A stretch of DNA of 64,000 bases from contig JBDHJS010000016.1 in the NCBI GenBank assembly GCA_039586795.1, forward strand, positions 32,001 to 96,000, given 5' to 3'. Made by a program: the position numbers and the translations under genes. Positions 19,108 through 30,285 of this stretch are shown in pieces. The notes below the pieces were generated by a model, which was given only the letters and a program-made list of their open reading frames with translations, did not search any database and had not been told where the DNA came from. This DNA comes from Gemmatimonadota bacterium. GTDB lineage: Bacteria > Gemmatimonadota > Gemmatimonadetes > Palauibacterales > KS3-K002. Positions within the stretch are counted from its first letter, which is position 1; the number at the start of each line of letters is the position of its first letter.

Positions 19108-20682
19108 ATGGGCAACGCGGCACAGGTTCTGGAAGCTTTTCGAGTGATGACGGCTCACAAGTCGTTGTCGCGCGACGAGCTGCACGACTTGATCAAAGAT
19201 GGCCTCCATGCTGCCCTGGCGAAGCGCTACGGCGCGAATGTGCAGGCTGAGATCACGATCGACGAAGAGAAGGGCAACATAAACATTGTCGTTCTCAAGG
19301 AAGTCGTCGAAGATGTAGCCGACTCGTCGCGCGAAGTGAGCGTCACGGAAGCTCGCTGGGACGATCCGGACTTTGAAGTCGGGGATCTTCTGGAGATCCC
19401 CGTTGATTTCGCCGATTTCGGTCGCACCGCGGTTCTGGCCGCGAAGCAGCGGATCATCCAGCGCGTCAGAGAGGGAGAGCGAAATCGGATTCGTGAGGAG
19501 TTCACGGACAAGATCGGTGAGCTTCTGTCTGGAGAGGTCCAGGCGATCGAGCGTGGCAAGCTGGTGGTGATGCTCAACATGCTCCGCGAGGCCGAGGCGA
19601 TCATTCCGTGGCGCGAACAGAACCCGCGGGAGCGGTTCCGCCAGGGCGAGCCGATCCGCGCTGTGTTGAAGAAGCTAGAGGAGACGCCGAAAGGACCGCG
19701 CTTGATTCTCTCGCGGGCCGATCCGGGTTTCGTGGCGGCGCTGTTCAAGCTCGAGGTGCCAGAGATCTATCAGGGCGTGGTGAAGATCATCGACATCGCC
19801 CGCGAAGCGGGCGGACGAACGAAGATCGCTGTCGTCTCCAACGATGACTCGATCGATCCAGTCGGCGCCTGCGTGGGACTCAAGGGGTCGCGAGTTCAGG
19901 CGGTGGTCTCTGAGATGAGCGGCGAGCGGATTGATATCGTGCCGTGGCACCCGGACCCTGAGATCTACGCCAAGCGCGCGCTGGCTCCGGCCAAGGTTGC
20001 CAAGGTTATCTCCGATCAAGAGCGCAAGGTGATCACGGCGATCGTCGACGAGGATCAGCTTTCTCTGGCGATCGGACGCAACGGTCAGAACGTACGTCTG
20101 GCTTCGCAGCTCATCGGCTGGCAGATCGACCTGTACTCGAGCCGTGAGTGGATGGAGCGCGGCGCGGAGAGCGCGCTGTTCCGCGGCGAAGAAGAATATG
20201 AAGGTGCGGCGGACTTCTCGCTAAGCGAGCTGGACATTCCAGCCGCTTTGCTGGCCGCCCTTGATGAGGCCGGGTACAACACGTTCATGGACATCATCGA
20301 CCTCGAGAAAGAGGAGTTCATGCGGATCCAGGGTGTGGGACCCGACGAGGCCGATGTGCTGGTCAAGCTGATCGAGGAACTTACGGTCGTCGAGGAGCCG
20401 ACCGAGCTATCGTCCGATGTGCCACCGGACGCTACGCCGGTCGCGAGCGGCGGGCCGTTGAAGGACGACGAAGAGGAAGAGGAAGAGGAAAAGGAAGAGG
20501 CCGAAGCCACGGAAGCGACGGAGGCGTCTGTTGGGCCGGTTGAGCCCGAAGAGCCGAGCGCGGAGGAAGAGGCGACGGCAGACGTGGAAGCTGTGCTCGA
20601 TGCGACCGAGGAAGACGAAGCGGTAGAGGAAGAGGTAGAAGAGGTCGCGGCAAAGAAGAGTGAGCCAGAAGGCAGTATCTGA
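19108..20682 (+). CDS. nusA: Transcription factor NusA with long acidic tail
   Basis: FGRTAVLAAKQ, S1 domain, DPVGACVGLKGSRV, AIGRNGQNVRLAS KH domains. Confidence 0.98.
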   Translation: MGNAAQVLEAFRVMTAHKSLSRDELHDLIKDGLHAALAKRYGANVQAEITIDEEKGNINIVVLKEVVEDVADSSREVSVTEARWDDPDFEVGDLLEIPVDFADFGRTAVLAAKQRIIQRVREGERNRIREEFTDKIGELLSGEVQAIERGKLVVMLNMLREAEAIIPWREQNPRERFRQGEPIRAVLKKLEETPKGPRLILSRADPGFVAALFKLEVPEIYQGVVKIIDIAREAGGRTKIAVVSNDDSIDPVGACVGLKGSRVQAVVSEMSGERIDIVPWHPDPEIYAKRALAPAKVAKVISDQERKVITAIVDEDQLSLAIGRNGQNVRLASQLIGWQIDLYSSREWMERGAESALFRGEEEYEGAADFSLSELDIPAALLAALDEAGYNTFMDIIDLEKEEFMRIQGVGPDEADVLVKLIEELTVVEEPTELSSDVPPDATPVASGGPLKDDEEEEEEEKEEAEATEATEASVGPVEPEEPSAEEEATADVEAVLDATEEDEAVEEEVEEVAAKKSEPEGSI

Positions 20683-20995
20683 GGCGGCCAACCGCCTGCA
20701 GGGCAGTATAGGACTCGCCGCTCGTGCGGGGCGCATCAAGGTTGGATACGATGCCGTCACGGCGGCGGTGAGGGACGGTGCAGCATTCGCGGTAGTCGTT
20801 GCGGGGGACGCGCCGGAAGATGTGAAGAACAAGCTGGAACGGTTCCTTACGGCGCATGACGTGCCTTTCCGGGTCGTTCTGGATGGCGATCGATTGGGTC
20901 GATCGATTGGTCGAGAGCGGTCGATCGCACTGGCGATCACCGACGGCTCGCTGGGCCGGCGAGTGATCGAGTTGGCAAAGGAACTGGAAGGTTAG
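20660..20995 (+). CDS. L7Ae/YlxQ family RNA-binding protein
   Basis: IGLAARAGRIKVG, LGRSIGR, AITD; located between nusA and infB. Confidence 0.85.
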   Translation: MSQKAVSEAANRLQGSIGLAARAGRIKVGYDAVTAAVRDGAAFAVVVAGDAPEDVKNKLERFLTAHDVPFRVVLDGDRLGRSIGRERSIALAITDGSLGRRVIELAKELEG

Positions 20996-21016
20996 CGAAA
21001 GGAAGAGGAAGCACCC

Positions 21017-23635
21017 TTGGCGAAGATGCGGGTATACGAGCTGGCGAAGGAGTTCGAGACCACGAGCGAGGCTGTCATACACCTCCTTCGTGAGATGGAT
21101 ATCCCCGTCCGCAGCCACATGTCCACTGTGGACGATGGGCAGGTCGCCCGGGTGCGCACGCGCTTGGAGCGGGATAAGCGCCGGCCGGAAAAGGATGCGA
21201 AGGGCGAGGCTGGCGGACGACGACGGCGTCGGCGTCGTGTCGTCGAGAAGCCGGCCGAGCCTGTAGTGGCTGTGGTCGAGCCCGAAGAGGTCGTTGAGGA
21301 AGAGGTTCCGGAAGTCGTGGAACCGGAAGTTCCCGCGAAGCCTCTGTTCCCGGACGAGGTCGAAGAGACCGTCGCTCCGGCTGCGTTCGAGGAGCCTGTA
21401 GTCGAACGCGTGGCGCCGTCGCCGTTTATCGACGACCAACCTGAGGCACCGGCGCCGGTGGCTCCAGCGGAGGAGCCCGAGGTAATAGAGGAACCTGAAG
21501 AAGAGCCCATTGCGGCGGAGCTGGAGGAAGAGATCGCCGAGCCACCGCCGCCGCCAATACCTGTGTTGAGACAACCCGTGGCGTCGACCGAGGAGCCGGC
21601 CGAGGCGGGCAAGGCCGCGGCGGGTGTGGTTCGAATTCAGGCCGAGGGTTACACGTTAGATGGTCGGCGTCGACGCCGGGGCCGTAAGAAGAAGAAACGG
21701 GCCCATGTGGACAAGGAGGCGGTGGCCGAGAACATCAAGAAGACTCTGGCCAAGATGGAGGGCGCCACACCGACGCGCCGTCGACGTCGCGATGTGTCGG
21801 AGCGCCTCGAGCGGGAGGCTGCGGAGGCGGAACGGCTGGCCGAGGAAGAAGCGGCGACGGTTCGTGTGCCCGAGTTCTTGACGGTTGCGGAGTTGGCCGA
21901 CCTGATGAACGTGGCGGCGAGCGAGATCATCACGGGCGCGTTCAAGAACCTTGGGTTGATGATCACCATCAATCAGCGACTCGACTTCGACCAGATCGAG
22001 CTGATCACCGGCGAGCTCGGGTTCCGTGCGCTTCGTGAGGACGAGTACGACGCCGATGTGATCGCCGATGTCCAGGAGGCGGATCCGGGTCGACTCGAGC
22101 TGCGGCCACCGGTGGTTACGGTGATGGGTCACGTCGATCACGGGAAGACGTCTCTGCTCGACCACATCCGAAAGACCAACGTGATCGCTGGCGAAGCTGG
22201 CGGAATCACCCAGCACGTTGGTGCCTACCACGTCGATGTGGACGACGAGCGAAGCATCACTTTCCTCGATACTCCGGGTCACGCGGCGTTTACCGCCATG
22301 CGAGCCCGCGGCGCGGACGTGACGGATATCGTCATTTTGGTCGTGGCAGCTGACGACGGAGTCATGCCGCAGACGAAGGAGGCGATCAGTCACGCGAAGA
22401 ACGCCGGTAAGCCGATCATCGTGGCGGTCAACAAGATCGACCTGCCGTCCGCCAACGCGATGAAGGTGAAGCAAGAGCTGCTCGAGCACGAAGTAGTGAT
22501 CGAGGAGTTCGGCGGAGAGGTTCTGGCGTCCGACATATCCGCCAAGGCCGGTGAAGGCGTCAGCGATTTGCTGGACAAGGTGCTATTGCAGGCGGAGATG
22601 CTGGAGCTCAGGGCCGATGCCGGGCTCGCAGCCCGTGGAACGGTGATCGAGGCCGAGCTCGACAAGGGTATGGGCCCCGTGGCAACGGTTCTGATCACCG
22701 AAGGCACGCTCGCCATCGGCGACGGATTCGTGTGCGGCGTCCACGCGGGCCGCGTGCGCGCGCTGCTCGACGAGCGAGGCCATAACATCGAATCCGCTGG
22801 CCCCGGCATGCCGGTGCGAGTGCTCGGGTTCGAAGGTGTTCCTCAGGCGGGCGACAGCTTGCTCGTCCTGGACTACGAGCGGGCGCGCGAGATTACCGGC
22901 AAGCGGCAGCAGATCGAGCGGGAGAAGGAGTTCCGACGGAAGAGCCAGGTCGGACGGCTGGAGGACATCTTCGAGGCGGTGCGAGCCGGGGAGAAGACGC
23001 AGCTTGCTCTCGTGATCAAGGGAGACACAGACGGTTCCGTGCAAGCGCTGTCGGACGAGTTGGAAGGGCTCTCTACCGAGGAGGTTGAGGTTAAGGTCAT
23101 TCACCGAGCCGTAGGCGCGGTGAATGAGGCCGACGTCCTGCTCGCCCAGACTTCCAGCGCGATCATTATTGGCTTCCACGTAAGACCCGACCGCAGAGCA
23201 CGCGAAGTAGCGGAGCGCGAAGGCGTGGACATTCGCTCCTATCGGGTCATCTACGAAGCGGTGGAAGAGGTGAGGGCGGCGCTCGAGGGTATGCTCGCGC
23301 CGGAAGAGAGGGAAGTGATCCTTGGGTCTGCCGAAGTACGCGAGCTGTTCCGAGTGCCGAAGGTCGGAAACGTGGCCGGGTGCTACGTGTCGGAGGGCGT
23401 TATCGATCGCAACTCGCGGATCCGCGTTCTCCGCGAACATGTTGTGATCTACGAAGGCAAGCTGGACAGCTTGAGGCGCTTCAAGGATGACGTGAAAGAA
23501 GTCCGGGCCGGATACGAGTGCGGCATGCACGTCGAGAACTTCAACGATGTAAAGGTCGGCGATATTCTCGAAGCGTTCCGGGTCGAACACGTTGCCCGCA
23601 CCCTGGATGGCGGCGTGGGGGCGCAGGTCGACTAG
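21017..23635 (+). CDS. infB: Translation initiation factor IF-2
   Basis: [40 protein letters not shown]. Confidence 0.98.
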   Translation: MAKMRVYELAKEFETTSEAVIHLLREMDIPVRSHMSTVDDGQVARVRTRLERDKRRPEKDAKGEAGGRRRRRRRVVEKPAEPVVAVVEPEEVVEEEVPEVVEPEVPAKPLFPDEVEETVAPAAFEEPVVERVAPSPFIDDQPEAPAPVAPAEEPEVIEEPEEEPIAAELEEEIAEPPPPPIPVLRQPVASTEEPAEAGKAAAGVVRIQAEGYTLDGRRRRRGRKKKKRAHVDKEAVAENIKKTLAKMEGATPTRRRRRDVSERLEREAAEAERLAEEEAATVRVPEFLTVAELADLMNVAASEIITGAFKNLGLMITINQRLDFDQIELITGELGFRALREDEYDADVIADVQEADPGRLELRPPVVTVMGHVDHGKTSLLDHIRKTNVIAGEAGGITQHVGAYHVDVDDERSITFLDTPGHAAFTAMRARGADVTDIVILVVAADDGVMPQTKEAISHAKNAGKPIIVAVNKIDLPSANAMKVKQELLEHEVVIEEFGGEVLASDISAKAGEGVSDLLDKVLLQAEMLELRADAGLAARGTVIEAELDKGMGPVATVLITEGTLAIGDGFVCGVHAGRVRALLDERGHNIESAGPGMPVRVLGFEGVPQAGDSLLVLDYERAREITGKRQQIEREKEFRRKSQVGRLEDIFEAVRAGEKTQLALVIKGDTDGSVQALSDELEGLSTEEVEVKVIHRAVGAVNEADVLLAQTSSAIIIGFHVRPDRRAREVAEREGVDIRSYRVIYEAVEEVRAALEGMLAPEEREVILGSAEVRELFRVPKVGNVAGCYVSEGVIDRNSRIRVLREHVVIYEGKLDSLRRFKDDVKEVRAGYECGMHVENFNDVKVGDILEAFRVEHVARTLDGGVGAQVD

Positions 23636-23652
23636 AAGCCTGACAGGCAGCT

Positions 23653-23934
23653 GTGGTCGTAAGCGTCATTGCCTGGGAACTGCATCTCGAGGGTTGCACT
23701 TCCCTGAAAGAGAAGCGGTCGATAATCCGCAGCCTTAAGGATCGGCTCCGCAACCGCCACAACGTGTCCGTGGCCGAGACCGACCACCAGAACACGTGGC
23801 AGCGGGCCGAGCTCTGCGCCGCACTCGTGTCGCCCGACCGGCGAATGGCCGAGCAAATACTTGGTCGTGTCGACGCCATGGTTGCCTCGGAGCCGCGCGT
23901 GCGGATCATCGACACGACGACCATCACATACTAG
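23653..23934 (+). CDS. DUF503/YlxP family protein
   Basis: SLKEKRSII, NVSVAETDHQNTWQRA. Confidence 0.9.
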   Translation: MVVSVIAWELHLEGCTSLKEKRSIIRSLKDRLRNRHNVSVAETDHQNTWQRAELCAALVSPDRRMAEQILGRVDAMVASEPRVRIIDTTTITY

Positions 23935-24025
23935 CGCCGGCCACGTCTCATGCTTCAAGTCCTATTCGCAGTTGGTTTCCCAGCAAAGCCAGGAAGGACG
24001 ACCGGCCCGACGGCTGTGCCATCTG

Positions 24026-24400
24026 ATGAGTAAGGAATACGCGCGAACCCAGAGAGTCGCGAAGCTGCTCAAAGAAGAGATCGCGCGGCTGCTGCAGCGC
24101 GAAGTCAAAGATGTACGCGTCGGCATGGTGACGGTGAGCGATGTAGATGTCACGCGGGACCTGAAATACGCCACGGTCTATGTGCAGGTCCCCGGCGATG
24201 CGGAACGCAAGGACCAGGCGCTCGAAGGATTGGCCAGCGCTGCCGGTTTCATGCGATCGCGCTTGGGTCGAGAACTGCGGGTGCGCCGGGTTCCCGAGCT
24301 TCGCTTCGAGGTCGATGAGACACAGGAGCGGGCGATGCGAATCCACGAGCTTCTCACTGAAATCGAAGACGGCGACGTCGAGGATGAAGGCGAATCGTGA
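24026..24400 (+). CDS. rbfA: Ribosome-binding factor A
   Basis: VTVSDVDVTRDLKYATVY, AAGFMRSRLG, RRVPELRF; start placed at ATG 24026. Confidence 0.96.
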   Translation: MSKEYARTQRVAKLLKEEIARLLQREVKDVRVGMVTVSDVDVTRDLKYATVYVQVPGDAERKDQALEGLASAAGFMRSRLGRELRVRRVPELRFEVDETQERAMRIHELLTEIEDGDVEDEGES

Positions 24401-25272
24401 ACCCGGTGGGACTGCTGCTGGTCGACAAACCGGAGGGCCCCACGTCTCACGATGTCATCGGCGACGTGCGAAGAGCGCTAGGCATTCGCAAGGTTGGCCA
24501 TACTGGAACTCTGGACCCGTTCGCCTCAGGGCTGATGATCCTCTGCCTCGGCTGGGCGACTCGGCTTGCTGAGTATCTGGTCGGGCTTCCCAAAGCGTAC
24601 CGGGCCGTGGCAAGGCTGGGAGCTTCTACAGATACCGATGACCGGACAGGGAGCGTCATCTCGACCAGCGAGGCATGGGATTCGCTGAGCGCTGATGATC
24701 TCCGGGCGGCCCTCAACGCCCAGGCGGGTGACATCGACCAGAAGCCGCCGGCCTACTCGGCGAAGAAAGTGGAAGGCCGACGGGCCTACGCCGCCGCTCG
24801 AGCGGGGGAAAACGTGGAGTTGCGAGCGCGGCGTGTGACGATCAGTCGCCTGGAGTTAGTAGAACTCGAGCCACCGGATGTGACGTTCGAGATCGAGTGC
24901 TCCAGCGGCACCTACGTTCGGGCTGTGGCCCGGGACCTGGGTGAGGCTCTTGGAGTCGGCGCGCATCTCACTCAATTGCGGCGCATGCGGGTCGGAGAGT
25001 ACTCCGTGGAAGACGCGATACAGGTGCGGAGCGATACGACGACGGGCGCGATCGAGCAGCACGTGCTACCGCCGCAGGCCGCCGTGGAACACCTGCCGCG
25101 GGCCGAGTTGAGCGCCGCCGGTTGTGAGGCGATTCGGAATGGCCGGTCCGTCGAATGGGAGACAGCCGCCACGGGTCCCGTCGCTGTGTTCTTCGAAGGC
25201 CAGTTGATCGCAATCGCCGAGCCGGCGAGCGGACAGCTGTTGCCCAGAAAAGTGTTCGGTGTAGCGGCCTGA
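24397..25272 (+). CDS. truB: tRNA pseudouridine(55) synthase
   Basis: DKPEGPTSHD, GHTGTLDPFASG, PPAYSAKK, CSSGTYVR. Confidence 0.97.
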   Translation: MNPVGLLLVDKPEGPTSHDVIGDVRRALGIRKVGHTGTLDPFASGLMILCLGWATRLAEYLVGLPKAYRAVARLGASTDTDDRTGSVISTSEAWDSLSADDLRAALNAQAGDIDQKPPAYSAKKVEGRRAYAAARAGENVELRARRVTISRLELVELEPPDVTFEIECSSGTYVRAVARDLGEALGVGAHLTQLRRMRVGEYSVEDAIQVRSDTTTGAIEQHVLPPQAAVEHLPRAELSAAGCEAIRNGRSVEWETAATGPVAVFFEGQLIAIAEPASGQLLPRKVFGVAA

Positions 25273-25276
25273 CGTC

Positions 25277-26251
25277 ATGGGAGAGCCGACGATTCTGAAC
25301 GATTCACACGGACTACCGGCCCAGCTGAAGGGGTCGGCAATAACGGTTGGCACGTTCGACGGCGTGCACCGTGGCCATTGGTCTGTGTTGGACCGGCTTC
25401 AGCAGGTTGCTGAAGCCGACGGGCTGCTGAGCGTACTGGTCACCTTCGACCCGCATCCGCTGAAGATTCTTCGTCCCGAGGTCGCGCCGCAGCTGCTGAC
25501 CACCGCGAACGAGAAGAAAGAGATCCTTACGCTTTCGGGTCTGGACTACGCCATATTCCTCAACTTCAATCGCTCGCTGTCGCTCTATGAGCCGGAAGAG
25601 TTTGTGCGAGACGTTCTGCTCGGCCGGTTGGGACTGCGAAAGCTGGTCGTTGGCTACGACCATGGCTTCGGGCGTGATCGGAGTGGTGATGCGGATCTGA
25701 TCAAAGAGATCGCGGGTCGCTACGGCTTCGACGTGGAGGTGATGGGTCCGGTCCTGATGAACGCTGAGGCAATATCGTCGAGCCGGATCCGGGCGGCGGT
25801 GCACGCGGGTGATGTCGAGAAGGCGGCCAGGGGACTGGGCCGCCCGTATTCGCTTTCCGGCGTCGTCGTACATGGCGAAGGGCGTGGCCGCATTCTGGGG
25901 TTCGCGACGGCCAACGTCGCTATTAGCCAGGCGGACAAGCTCTTGCCACGCGAGGGGATCTACGCGGTGCAGGCGGCATGCCGGTCGCATATGGGGCCGG
26001 GCCTGCTCCACCTCGGCCCGCGCCCGACCTTTCGCGGCTCGCCTCCGTCCATCGAGCTCCACCTGCTCGATTTTGACGGTGATCTATACGGCCAGCAGGT
26101 GCGAGTCGAGTTGTTGACACGCCTGAGAGACGTTCAGCCGTTTGGATCGGCGGCCGAGCTGGTGGACCAGATGCGTCGTGACCGGGAGGAGGCGATCACG
26201 TTCTTCAAGCAGACCAAAGACCGCCTTTACAGGGAGGGCCGGTCGGAATAA
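25277..26251 (+). CDS. ribF: Bifunctional riboflavin kinase/FAD synthetase
   Basis: [38 protein letters not shown]. Confidence 0.96.
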   Translation: MGEPTILNDSHGLPAQLKGSAITVGTFDGVHRGHWSVLDRLQQVAEADGLLSVLVTFDPHPLKILRPEVAPQLLTTANEKKEILTLSGLDYAIFLNFNRSLSLYEPEEFVRDVLLGRLGLRKLVVGYDHGFGRDRSGDADLIKEIAGRYGFDVEVMGPVLMNAEAISSSRIRAAVHAGDVEKAARGLGRPYSLSGVVVHGEGRGRILGFATANVAISQADKLLPREGIYAVQAACRSHMGPGLLHLGPRPTFRGSPPSIELHLLDFDGDLYGQQVRVELLTRLRDVQPFGSAAELVDQMRRDREEAITFFKQTKDRLYREGRSE

Positions 26252-26328
26252 GTTTCACGGTCTATCTAGAGAAGGTAAACTGGAATACAGGGTCGCACAC
26301 GGCGACCCAGCGGGAGAGTACCTGTAGC

Positions 26329-26598
26329 ATGGTGATGACGACAGAAGCAAGAGACGAAATTGTCAAGAAGTATCAGAAGCACCCGTCCGATCGGGGCTCG
26401 ACGGCTGTGCAGGTTGCCCTGCTCACCCGGCGGATCTCGGATCTGACGGAGCACCTGCGTGAGCATCCCAAGGACCATCACAGCCGGCAGGGTTTGTTGA
26501 AGTGGGTAGGGAAGCGGCGGCGATTGCTGCGCTACCTCAACCGCATGAACCCGGAAGCTTACCGGCAACTCACCGCGGACCTTGGCCTGCGTGCGTAG
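26329..26598 (+). CDS. rpsO: 30S ribosomal protein S15
   Basis: [36 protein letters not shown]. Confidence 0.98.
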   Translation: MVMTTEARDEIVKKYQKHPSDRGSTAVQVALLTRRISDLTEHLREHPKDHHSRQGLLKWVGKRRRLLRYLNRMNPEAYRQLTADLGLRA

Positions 26599-26605
26599 CG
26601 ACTGA

Positions 26606-26635
26606 CCCCCCGACCTGATGGTTCGGGGGGCTTTC
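26606..26635 (+). terminator. Hairpin between rpsO and pnp
   Basis: CCCCCGA...TCGGGGG followed by CTTTC. Confidence 0.55.
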
Positions 26636-26684
26636 GATGCACGCGTTCCTCAATTCAACTTCAGAAGCTAGCAAAGCGGAGAAA

Positions 26685-28799
26685 ATGGCAACATTAGTAG
26701 AGCGTAAATTCGCCGGGCGGACCCTGTTGATGGAGTCCGGCCGTATGGCGCGTCAGGCGGACGGCGCCGTGCTCGTACAGTTCGGTGAAACCACCATACT
26801 CGCCACAGTCGTCGCTGAAGATAAGCAGACGAGACTTCCCTTCTTCCCTCTCACGGTCGAATACCGCGAGAAGAGCTACGCGGCCGGAAAGATCCCGGGC
26901 GGTTTCTTCAAGCGAGAAGGTCGGCCCGGTGAGAAGGAGATACTTTCGGCGCGCCAGATCGATCGCTCGATTCGGCCGCTGTTCCCCGAGGGCTTCATGA
27001 ACGAAGTCCAGGTCGTCATCTTTATCTTGTCAGCCGATCAAGAGAACGATGCCGATGTCCTAGGGTTGTTGGGCGCCTCAGCGGCGCTCAACATCTCGAG
27101 CGTGCCGTTCCCGTATCCTGTCGCCGCGGTCCGAGTCGGCCGGCTGGACGGCGAGTGGGTACTCAATCCGACATTCCAGCAGCTTGAGTTCTCCGACGTC
27201 GACCTCATCGTGGCCGGCTCCGAGGAGTCGATCATCATGGTCGAAGGCGGCTCGCTCGAGTTGACGGAGGAGGACCTCGTAACGGCTCTCGAGTTCGCCC
27301 ACGGCGGTATCCGCGAGCTCGTCGATGTACAGAAGGAGCTGGTCGAGCCGATCAAGAAGCCAAAGATGGAGTGGGAGCCGCTCAAGGTTGACGAGCGCGT
27401 CGCGGCTCGGGTGAGTGAGGTCTCGTTGGAACGTGCGAACGAGGCGCTGAACCTACCCAGCAAGGAAGAGCGGCATCAGGCGCTGTCGGCGCTGCGTGAA
27501 GCAGTCAGCAAGGAATTGTCCGAAGAGTTCGAGTCGGAAGAGCTCGAAGACTACGAAGGTCACGTAAGACGGGCGCTGGATCAGATCGAGTACGAGACGT
27601 TGCGCAGCCAGATCCTCGAAAAGGGTGAGCGCGTGGACGGCCGTGCGCCAGATGAGATTCGGTCGCTGTCGGTGGAGGTGGGCGTTCTTCCGCGTACCCA
27701 CGGTTCCGCATTGTTCACGCGCGGCAGCACGCAGTCGCTGGCGATCGTCACGTTGGGTACAAGCCGCGATGAGCAGCGTATCGATACGATCGATGTCCCG
27801 CAGGAAACGTCGAAGTCGTTCATGCTGCACTACAATTTCCCACCGTTTTCGGTCGGTGAGGTGCGGCAGTTCCGCGGCACGTCGCGGCGTGAGATCGGGC
27901 ACGGTGCGTTGGCCGAGCGCGCAATCCAGCCGCTCTTGCCTGCCTACGAGGATTTCCCCTACACGATCCGTGTCGTCAGCGACATCCTGGAGTCGAACGG
28001 CTCGTCGTCCATGGCGACCGTGTGCGGCAGCTCGCTGGCGTTGATGGACGCTGGTGTTCCGACCCGTGCGCCCTGCGCCGGCATCGCGATGGGTCTGATC
28101 AAAGAGGGTGACAAAGTCGAGATCCTGACTGACATCCTGGGAATCGAAGACCACCTAGGTGATATGGACTTCAAGGTCGCCGGCACGCGTACGGGGATCA
28201 CGTCCGTCCAAATGGATATCAAGATCGAAGGTCTGTCGACCGAGTTGATGCGCGAGGCGCTCGGGCGCGCGCGCACCGCACGGTTGGCCATCCTCGATTT
28301 CATGGACAAGACAATCGGGGAGCCGCGCTCGGATCTATCGCCCACGGCGCCGCGGATCATCACGCTGCAGGTCAAGCCGGACAAGATCGGCGAAGTCATT
28401 GGACCGAAGGGGAAGACCATCCGCGGGATCGAAGAGCAGACCGGCGCCGAGCTCAACATCGAAGACAGCGGTCTGATCACCATCTCGTCGGTCAGCGGTG
28501 AAGCGGGCGAGCGCGCTCGCGAGATCGTCGAGGCGATCGTGCAGGAGCCGGAGATCGGCAAGATCTACGAAGGCGTGGTCAAGAACACGACGTCGTTCGG
28601 TGCCTTCGTCGAGATCATGCCCGGCACGGAAGCGCTGTGCCACATTTCGGAGCTCGAAGAAGGGCGAGTCGAAAAGACAGAGGACGTGGTGAAGACCGGC
28701 GACGTCGTGAGAGTCAAATTGATCTCGGTAGACGATCGCGGTCGTATGCGTCTCTCACGTCGGGCCGCGATGAAGGAAGAAGCAGAGGCGACGTCGTGA
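26685..28799 (+). CDS. pnp: Polyribonucleotide nucleotidyltransferase
   Basis: FFPLTVEYREK, RREIGHG, ESNGSSSMA, GDMDFKVAG, KH and S1 domains; start ATG 26685 after GGAG. Confidence 0.98.
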   Translation: MATLVERKFAGRTLLMESGRMARQADGAVLVQFGETTILATVVAEDKQTRLPFFPLTVEYREKSYAAGKIPGGFFKREGRPGEKEILSARQIDRSIRPLFPEGFMNEVQVVIFILSADQENDADVLGLLGASAALNISSVPFPYPVAAVRVGRLDGEWVLNPTFQQLEFSDVDLIVAGSEESIIMVEGGSLELTEEDLVTALEFAHGGIRELVDVQKELVEPIKKPKMEWEPLKVDERVAARVSEVSLERANEALNLPSKEERHQALSALREAVSKELSEEFESEELEDYEGHVRRALDQIEYETLRSQILEKGERVDGRAPDEIRSLSVEVGVLPRTHGSALFTRGSTQSLAIVTLGTSRDEQRIDTIDVPQETSKSFMLHYNFPPFSVGEVRQFRGTSRREIGHGALAERAIQPLLPAYEDFPYTIRVVSDILESNGSSSMATVCGSSLALMDAGVPTRAPCAGIAMGLIKEGDKVEILTDILGIEDHLGDMDFKVAGTRTGITSVQMDIKIEGLSTELMREALGRARTARLAILDFMDKTIGEPRSDLSPTAPRIITLQVKPDKIGEVIGPKGKTIRGIEEQTGAELNIEDSGLITISSVSGEAGERAREIVEAIVQEPEIGKIYEGVVKNTTSFGAFVEIMPGTEALCHISELEEGRVEKTEDVVKTGDVVRVKLISVDDRGRMRLSRRAAMKEEAEATS

Positions 28800-28819
28800 G
28801 GTTTGTTTGAGTACCGAGA

Positions 28820-28857
28820 AAAGGCCTGCTCTTGAACAAAGAGCGGGCCTTTGTCTT
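28820..28857 (+). terminator. Intrinsic terminator after pnp
   Basis: AAAGGCCTGCTCTT-loop-AAGAGCGGGCCTTT then TGTCTT. Confidence 0.8.
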
Positions 28858-28866
28858 GTCTGTAGC

Positions 28867-28959
28867 GAACATTGAACATTGTACATCCGGCACGAAACGT
28901 TGAGCCGGTCGCCGGCGTTCAAGTGTCCCATGCCCAATGTTCAATCTCCAATGTTCAAC
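28867..28959. repeat. Heptamer-repeat fold-back element B (GAACATT / AATGTTC)
   Basis: gaacatt gaacatt gtacatc ... caatgtt caatctc caatgtt caac. Confidence 0.75.
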
Positions 28960-28963
28960 TGGC

Positions 28964-30232
28964 ATGCCTGAGCAGACAACCCAATTAGACCAAAGGGTCT
29001 TCAGCACCCAACTTGAGAACGGACCGCTCGTTCTCTCCGAGCACGTTCCCAGCGTGCGATCGGCCGCTGTCGGCATCTGGATGCCGTGGGGAGCCAGCCA
29101 CGATGAGCCGGAGCGTATGGGCGCCTCGCATCTTCTGGAGCACATGGTGTTCAAGGGGACGCAGAAGCGAACGGCCCGGGAGATCGCCCTCGAGGTCGAG
29201 GGGATAGGCGGCTCGCTCGACGCCTACACATCTCGGGAGCACACCGCCGTTCACGCCCATGTCCTCGACGAACACCTCCCGATCGCCGTCGATGTCCTCA
29301 CCGATCTGGTATTTCAGCCATTGCTCAAGGAGGCCGACTTGCAGTTGGAGCGAGAGGTCATCCTGGAGGAGATCGCCAGCGTTCAGGACACACCGGAGGA
29401 ACAGGTCTTCGATTTCCACTCGGATGTGCTCTGGGGTGGGCATCCCTACGGCCGTCCCGTGCTGGGCACACCTGAGACGGTTCGGGCGATAACGAGACAA
29501 GACGTGCACGATCTCTGGGAGTCCGCCTATCGGCCAAGTGTCTGTGTCGTAGCTGGCGCCGGGAACTTGAGCCACGAGACCATGCTCGAGCTTGTGGCAC
29601 GGAACTTCCCTTCAGAGAATGGACGAACGAAAGCACCAAGCGTCTCGGACCCCAGTCCGGCTGGGCCAGGTGAGCTGAGTGTCGGACGGGAGACGGCGCA
29701 GGTCCATATCTGCCTGGGCGCGCCCACGTTCGGGCGGAGCGATGACCGTCGCTATGCGGCGATTCTGGCCTCAACGGCGCTTGGCGGAGGGATGAGCAGC
29801 CGGCTCTTCCAGCGGGTCAGGGAGGAGTTGGGGCTGGCCTATACGGTCTACTCTTTCCAGTCGTTTTATGCCCGCGGCGGCCTATCTGGCGTCTACATGG
29901 CCACGCGCCCCGAGACTCAGGAGCTGGCGTTGAATGAGACGCGGGCCGAGTTGGCGCGTTTGGCCGCTGAAGGGCTGGAGGCGAGCGAGCTCGACTCCGT
30001 GAAGAACCAGACTAAGGGCCAGGTGGCGCTCTCCCTCGAGTCCACGTCAGCGCGTTTACAGCGGCTGGCCGGCGTCGCACTTTACAAGGAGCCCTACCAA
30101 AAACTCGACGAGATCTGCGCCCGCATCGATGCGGTCACGGAAGACGACATTATAGAGGTCTGCCGGGACTTCTTTGCCCCGGAGCAACAGACCACAGTGC
30201 GATTGGGTCCTGAAGCGGCATACAAAGACTGA
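28964..30232 (+). CDS. M16 family (pitrilysin-like) zinc peptidase
   Basis: HLLEH inverted zinc motif, DAYTSREHT, LGGGMSSRLFQRVREELGLAY; typical pnp neighbour. Confidence 0.94.
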   Translation: MPEQTTQLDQRVFSTQLENGPLVLSEHVPSVRSAAVGIWMPWGASHDEPERMGASHLLEHMVFKGTQKRTAREIALEVEGIGGSLDAYTSREHTAVHAHVLDEHLPIAVDVLTDLVFQPLLKEADLQLEREVILEEIASVQDTPEEQVFDFHSDVLWGGHPYGRPVLGTPETVRAITRQDVHDLWESAYRPSVCVVAGAGNLSHETMLELVARNFPSENGRTKAPSVSDPSPAGPGELSVGRETAQVHICLGAPTFGRSDDRRYAAILASTALGGGMSSRLFQRVREELGLAYTVYSFQSFYARGGLSGVYMATRPETQELALNETRAELARLAAEGLEASELDSVKNQTKGQVALSLESTSARLQRLAGVALYKEPYQKLDEICARIDAVTEDDIIEVCRDFFAPEQQTTVRLGPEAAYKD

Positions 30233-30285
30233 TACATCCCGTGCGGTTGGAGCAGTTCGGCTGACAAGCGAGAAAGGCTAGAGAG

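Noticed and set aside
20432..23590. Long antisense ORFs (20432-21574, 21656-22489, 22583-23590) and similar ones elsewhere
   Set aside because: Shadow frames of high-GC genes (nusA, infB) with no recognisable motifs.
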